From Ranitomeya imitator (lineage: Eukaryota), in NCBI RefSeq assembly GCF_032444005.1, contig NC_091285.1, positions 411,184,001 to 411,248,000 on the forward strand: a stretch of DNA of 64,000 bases, given 5' to 3'. Below, one piece after another: positions 58,430 through 64,000 of the stretch. Position 1 is the stretch's first letter. The number at the start of each line of letters is the position of its first letter. The position numbers were made by a program, and so were the translations under genes. Below the pieces are notes generated by a model. That model worked only from the letters and a program-made list of their open reading frames with translations. It searched no databases and was not told the origin of the DNA.

Positions 58430-58570
58430 CTCTCGGCTCTGTGACAGGCTCTGGGCTCTGTGGCAGGCTCGCGGCTCTGTGGCAGGCTCGCGGCTCTGTG
58501 GCAGGCTCTGGGCTCTGTGGCAGGCTCGCGGCTCTGTGGCAGGCTCGCGGCTCTGTGGCAGGCTCTCTGG
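58430..58570. repeat. 19-bp tandem repeat upstream of the MADF start codon
   Basis: GGCTCTGTGGCAGGCTCGC/CTG, about 7 copies. Confidence 0.85.
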
Positions 58571-58991
58571 CAGGTTTCTGGCTCCTTCCGTCGTGGCAGG
58601 GTGTTGGCTCTTCTGCTTTTGGGCTGGAAATGGCTGAAGGCCTCATGGCCCTGCTTTATATATAGTCCAGGGGGCTGATCAAAGTTTTTTGAGCATGCTC
58701 AGTGTAAAAAGCCGGATCCGGCTGCCGGATCCAACGCTTTCCGGCGTCCATAGACATGCATTGTTGTAAAAAGCCGGAAAGGCCGGATCCGGCCTTTCCG
58801 GCTTTTTCGCCGGAGACAAAAAACGTTACAGTAGACGTTTTTTCCAGACGCCGGAATAGACTTGACGCCGGATCCGGCATCAGACCGGAAGGAACGCTGG
58901 CCGGATCCGGTTTCTCCGGTTTTCTATTCCGTTTATCGGAAGAGCCGGAATTCGCCTGAAACAAAAAACCTGATGTGTGAAAGCAGCCTTA

Positions 58992-59396
58992 TACTGATCA
59001 GTAAAATATGGCAGATAGGAGCTGGGGCATAGAGAATAATTGGGACGTTTGTTAGGCGTGTTTTACGGACGTATTTTATGCGCTCATACGTCCGTAAAAC
59101 TCGCTAGTGTGACGCCGGCCTTACACCGCTGCGTATTTCTCGCAAGTCACACTGTTGGTCCGTGTGTAATCCGTATTTTTCTGGCCCCCATAGACTTTCA
59201 TTGGCGTATTTTTTGCGCAATACGGTGACAAACGCAGCATGCTGCGATTTTCTACGGCCGTAGAAGACCGTATAATACGGATCAGTAAAATACGGCAGAT
59301 AGGAGCTGGGCCACAGAGAATCATTGTACCGTATGCAATCCGTATTTTCTGCACCGCTCATACGTCCGTAAAAACACGCTAGTGTGACGCCGGCCT
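58992..59396. mobile_element. Two tandem right ends of a GGCCGGCGTCACAC-type MITE
   Basis: AGTGTGACGCCGGCC ends at ~59120 (TTA) and 59396 (TAA); a related left end GGCTGGTGTCACACT lies at 50940. Confidence 0.55.
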
Positions 59397-59629
59397 AAGG
59401 CAAAAATTTTCGATAAACATAAACTTAGGGATTCACTGTTTATTTGAAATGTAAAGTTATTATATAGGAATGTATGAATTAACATTGTTGAAAACAGAAT
59501 TACATTTTTAGGCTTTGTTTTTCTTGCTGGAAAAAGTTCATATTAATGACAAACTTATTTTCAAAGTTGAATCAAGTTCTTCTTAGGGATTCAGTGTTTA
59601 TTTCAAATTTAAAGTTACTATATAGAAAT

Positions 59630-59965
59630 TTTACAACTAAGACACAGAATGAACAGTGGACGGCATTAGAGAAGCACAAATCAGTATGGACCTTGACTCT
59701 TTGAAGGATATCCGAAAAACACACAGGTGGCACGACTGCTCTGGGTGTGCGGTGCTCTGCACTGATAAGCAATCTACAGTAAATTAAATGAAACAAGAAA
59801 AGAACACAGTGCGGCACTCACCCTTTTGAAGCTGTGTAATCGTGCTCTTTATTGGAGAAAAATATATAAAACATCCGTTAGGACATCAGGTCTGCAGGAG
59901 GGTGCGGAGGTGGAGTGTGGACGACGGCCGTTTCGCACGGTATGTGCTTCAACGGGTCCAGTATG
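59630..59965 (-). mobile_element. 336-bp hammerhead-headed insertion in the foldback right arm
   Basis: 11-bp TSD TATATAGAAAT (59619-59629 and 59966-59976); the empty site is present in the left arm (~50815-50830). Confidence 0.85.
59919..59959 (-). ncRNA. Hammerhead-like motif with an altered core (CCGUUGA)
   Basis: GGAC-CCGUUGA-A-GCAC(AUACC)GUGC-GAAAC-GGCC-GUC-GUCC; all three stems are intact, core positions 4 and 6 deviate. Confidence 0.6.
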
Positions 59966-60089
59966 TATATAGAAATGTATGGGTTTGCCTTGTTGAAAAC
60001 GCAATTAAAGTTTAACCTCCGCTAATTTATTTTTAAATAGAGTGAAGTGGAAAGGAAAAATAGATTAAAAAAACTCAACTTTAGAAAAA

Positions 60090-60548
60090 AAAACTACCAT
60101 ATGCATAGGTATGGCAGATTATGGCGCATAAAGACTCAATCCCTAAAAAGATCCTAATGAAACTTGGAAGATAACGTTGTTGTACTAATATGAACATATT
60201 CCAATAAAAAAAACGGAGCTCAAAACAGTTATTCCGTTTCCAACCATGATAACACTGTAGGCATAGGTATGGCAGAAAATGGCGCATAAAGACTCAATCC
60301 CTAAAAAGATCCTAATGAAACTTGGAAGATAACGTTGTTGTACTAATATGAACATATTCCAATAAAAAACACGCTCAAAACCGTTATTCCGTTTCCAACC
60401 ATGATAACACTGTAGGCATAGGTATGGCAGAATATGGCGCATAAAGACTGAATCCCTAAAAAGATCCTAATGAAACTTGGAAGATAACGTTGTTGTACTA
60501 ATATGAACATATTCCAATAAAAAAAACGGAGCTCAAAACCGTTATTCG
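60090..60548 (-). repeat. 158-bp satellite, about 3 inverted copies (right arm)
   Basis: Reverse complement of the unit at 49440-50695. Confidence 0.9.
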
Positions 60549-60705
60549 TAATACTTACCAAAGTGATGATGGGAGAGCCTGGTGTTGCAGCTTGACTTCA
60601 GATATGCCCCAGCTAGCATGTCCACTTACTCTGCATTCTGTGGTTGCTAGGGTACTGGATGTGTGAGAGGAGGGTTTATAAACTATATCAAGGTAGACAA
60701 TATTA

Positions 60706-61005
60706 GGCTAGGTTCTCATTGCGTTACGGCAATCCGTTTAGCGCTAAGCGCTAGCGGATTGCGCTAATGCAATGTCTTTTTAGGGGTCGTGTTAAACGTC
60801 CCCGCTAGCGCTAGCTGCAAGCAGCGTCCGACGCGCGCCACAAAAGAACGGCACATCGCTAGCGCGTGCCGAAAATGGCACGCGCTAGCAATGCGCTTTA
60901 ACATTGCTGGCAATGGGAGCGCTAACGGACGCGTTGCACGGCGTTAATTTCGCCGTGCAACGCTGTCTGTTAGCGCTCACCCGAAAACGAAATGAGAACC
61001 TAGCC
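60706..61005. mobile_element. Harbinger-type palindromic MITE
   Basis: TTA|GGCTAGGTTCTCATT ... AATGAGAACCTAGCC|TTA. Confidence 0.85.
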
Positions 61006-61439
61006 TTAATATTGTCTCATTCAAAACATCCCCCTCCCTCTCTCAGTTCAGGTACACAGAGAAGGGAGTTGTAAGGCTATGTGCACACGTTCAGTAAAAA
61101 CGTGAAAAAAACGCTTACATATGGTTCCCAATCATTTCAATGTAAATCCGCAAAACTTGTGCAAATGTTGCGATTTTTTTCCGCAAAAAAAACCATGTTC
61201 ATTAATTTTGTGGAATCGCTGATTTCCCGCACACTGTAAAAAATCTACCATTGGTATAGACAAATATGACTAAAAAAATCTACCATAGGTGTAGACAAAT
61301 ACATAGGCATAGTTACAGACAAATATGACTAAAAAAATCTACCATAGGCATAGGTACAATCTACCATAGGCATAGGTATAGACAAATATGTCACATAGGG
61401 TTTTAGTATTTTCCCCAGGGGGAAGAGAGGTATTTAGTT

Positions 61440-61638
61440 TATGGGGCTACATTATACTACAGAAGGTGGCTATGGGGAAGCATTATACTAGAGGGTGGCT
61501 ATGGGGATGCATTACATTATAGAGGCTGCCTATAGGGGCGCATTACGCTATAGTCTGCCTATGGGGAGTTCAGTATACTATATGGATGCCTATAGGGAGT
61601 TCAGTATACTATATGGAGCCCTATGGGGAATGCATTAT

Positions 61639-61715
<77 letters not shown>

Positions 61716-62340
61716 TCTGCCTATGGGGAGTGCATTATACTATATGGATGCCTATGGGGAGTGCATCATACTTTAGAATCTGCCTATGGGGAGTGCATTA
61801 TACTATATGGATGCCTATGGGGAGTGCATCATACTATATGGATGCCTATGGGGAGTGCATCATACTTTAGAATCTGCCTATGGGGAGTGCATTATACTAT
61901 ATGGATGCCTATGGGAGTGCATCATACTTTAGAATCTGCCTATGGGGAGTGCATCATACTATATGGATGCCTATGGGGAGTGCATCATACTTTAGAATCT
62001 GCCTATGGGGAGTGCATTATACTATATGGATGCCTATAGGGAGTTCAGTATACTATATGGAGCCCTATGGGGGTGCATTATACTTTAGAATCTGCCTATG
62101 GGGAGTGCATTATACTATATGGATGCCTATGGGGAGTGCATTATACTATATTGAGGACTATCTAGTGTATTATGCTATATGGAGGCTATCTAGAGGCCAT
62201 CATACAGTGTGGGGATTACAGTGAAGGGGCCATCATACAGCATTGGAGCAATTAAACAGTTTGGGGGATATTAAGGGGTCAGTATATATACAGCGAGGGG
62301 GCATTATACTGTGTATATGAGAGCATCATATTGTGTATAG
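61440..62340. repeat. 31-32 bp minisatellite with an embedded (TA)~35 run
   Basis: Units TATGGGGAGTGCATTATACTATATGGATGCC and ..CATCATACTTTAGAATCTGCC; TA run at ~61643-61712. Confidence 0.9.
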
Positions 62341-62378
62341 GGGAGCTGTACAGGGGGGGAGACTCAGAACATTATTAA

Positions 62379-64000
62379 CCCCTTAACGACCGCCGATACG
62401 CGTTTTAACGGCGGCCGCTAAGGGTACTTAAACCACAGCGCCGTTAATTAATGGCGCTGTGGAAAAAGTAAATAGCGCCCCCCAGAGTCGGATTTTCTCC
62501 GGGGTCTTGGCTGCCGGGGGTAGCCGAGACCCCAGAGAACATGATTCTGGGGGTTTTTTTTTTAACCAACCCCGAATTTGCAATCGCCGATAATTAACCG
62601 TTTACCCGCGATCGCAAAAAAAAAAAAACGCGATTTCTTTTTAATTTCTCTGTCCTCCGATGTGATCGCACATCAGAGGACAGAGAAATGGGGTCCCAGG
62701 TAGCCCCCCAATACTTTCCTGTCTCCCCCGGTGCTCCTCGTGGCTCCCGATGGGCGCCGCCATCTTCAAAATGGCGGGCGCATGCGCAGTGCGCCCGCCG
62801 GCCGGCACCGGGAGAATCTTTGGGGTCTCGGCTGCCGCGGGTAGCCGAGACCCCAAAGAACATGATCGGGGTCAGTTTTACCGACCCCTGTTTTGCGATC
62901 GCCGGTAATTAACTGTTTACCGGCGACCGCAAAAAAAAAAAAAGCGAAGTGTAATTCTCTGTCCTCTGATGTGATCGCACATCAGAGGACAGAGAAATAG
63001 GGGGATTCGGGGACCCTATTATACTTACCGGTGTCCCTGGGTCCTCCTGCTGCTCCTCCTGGCCGCCGGCATCTTCTTGGCAAAAGAAAATGGCGGGCGC
63101 ATGCGCAGTGCGCCCGCCATCTGTCGGCTGGCAGGAGAAGAGCAGTTGGGGCTAAAATTAGGGTTAGGGTTCAAGCTAAATTTAGGGTTGGGGCTAAATT
63201 CAGGGTTAGGGTTTGGGCTAAGTTTAGGGTTAGGCTTCTTTCACACTTACGTCGGTACGGGGCCGTCGCAATGCGTCGGCCCGACATACCGACACGTGAA
63301 AATTGTGCACAACGTGGGCAGCGGATGTAGTTTTTCAACGCATCCGCTGCCCAATCAATGTCCTGGGGAGGAGGGGGCGGAGTTACGGCCACGCATGCGC
63401 GGTCAGAAATGGCGGACGCGACGTACAAAAAAAGTTACATTGAACGTTTTTTGTGCCGATGGTCCGCCAAAAGACAACTGATCCAGTGCACGACGGATGC
63501 GACGTGTGGCCATCCGTCACGATCCGTCGGCAATACAAGTCTATGGGCAAAAAACACATCCTGCGGGCACATTTGCAGGATCCGTTTTTTGTCCAAAACA
63601 ACGGATTGCAACGGATACTAAACGACGCAAGTGTGAAAGTAGCCTTAGGGCTAGGGTTAGGGCTAAAGTTGGGGCTAAAGTTAGGGTTAGAGTTGGGATT
63701 AGGGTTAGGGTTTGGATTAGGGTTGGTATTAGGGTTAGGGTTGGGATTAGGGTTAAGGTTAGGGTTGTGATTAGGGGTGTATTGGGATTAGGGTTAGGTT
63801 TGAGGTTAGGGTTGAGATTAGGATTAGGGGTGTGTTGGATTTAGGGTTTTGATTAGGGTTATGGTTAGGGTTGACAGGGTTGTTTTGGGGTAAAGGTTGT
63901 GATTATCGTTAGGGTTAGTGATTAGGATTATGGATCGGGTTGGGATTAGGGTTAGGGGTGTGTTGGGGTAAGGGTTGGAGCTAGAATTGGGGGGTTTCCA
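62379..64000. mobile_element. Left end of a piggyBac-like non-autonomous element with a TTAGGG tract
   Basis: TTAA|CCCCTTAACGACC; subterminal inverted and direct repeats; TTAGGG-like tract at 63145-63980; last bases (TAGAATTGGGGGGTTTCCA) match ~22193-22211. Confidence 0.75.
63233..63644. mobile_element. Harbinger-type MITE inserted in the TTAGGG tract
   Basis: TTA|GGCTTCTTTCACACTT ... AAGTGTGAAAGTAGCC|TTA. Confidence 0.85.

Larger units (their letters stand above)
51694..58988. mobile_element. Autonomous-type PIF/Harbinger transposon (left end lost)
   Basis: Convergent DDE transposase (+) and MADF/Myb gene (-); right end GTGTGAAAGCAGCC|TTA preceded by GGATCCGG-rich palindromic subterminal repeats. 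Confidence 0.88.
49231..61407. mobile_element. Foldback-type element with long satellite-containing inverted arms
   Basis: Termini CTAAAACCCTATGTG / CACATAGGGTTTTAG, each flanked by TA; left arm 49231-50935 is inverted at 59510-60548 and 61240-61407. Confidence 0.75.

Noticed and set aside
50940-59120. Single intact Harbinger bounded by GGCTGGTGTCACACT / AGTGTGACGCCGGCC with a TTA TSD
   Set aside because: These ends belong to MITE-like sequences, match only 13/15, and there are two candidate right ends; the coding element has its own right end at 58988 and a deleted left end.
63145-64000. True telomere or subtelomere at the window end
   Set aside because: The repeats are degenerate, interrupted by a MITE, and continue into the same element sequence seen internally at ~22200.

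Overview
This is eukaryotic, repeat-dense vertebrate DNA, most likely an anuran (frog), inferred from the TE families present; nothing prokaryotic (no operon, CRISPR array, rRNA or tRNA gene) is supported. Host content is small. A minus-strand smkr1 gene (79 aa, absent from the ORF track) has its predicted ATG on a separate 46-nt exon and an RFX X-box promoter at ~48 kb. A second minus-strand CpG-island promoter with a non-coding first exon at ~14.3 kb is probably nrf1 by synteny. The rest is nested mobile DNA: Chapaev3 containing a pogo-like MITE and a mariner; a Helitron carrying minisatellites; a Penelope element interrupted by a CR1, which is itself interrupted by a piggyBac-like satellite-carrying element; a Gmr1-type Gypsy with SCAN-like gag and PR-IN-RT order; hAT, Kolobok/T2 and Harbinger-type MITEs; and a ~12-kb foldback structure with 158-bp satellite arms enclosing a two-gene Harbinger. 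The most notable signal is four minus-strand type I hammerhead-ribozyme motifs. Three of them sit at the extreme 5' end of short, ORF-less, TSD-flanked insertions, and two of those lie in tandem, in sense, in a Harbinger MADF-gene intron. Coordinates were read by hand; junctions quoted with TSDs should be near exact, diffuse ends are approximate.
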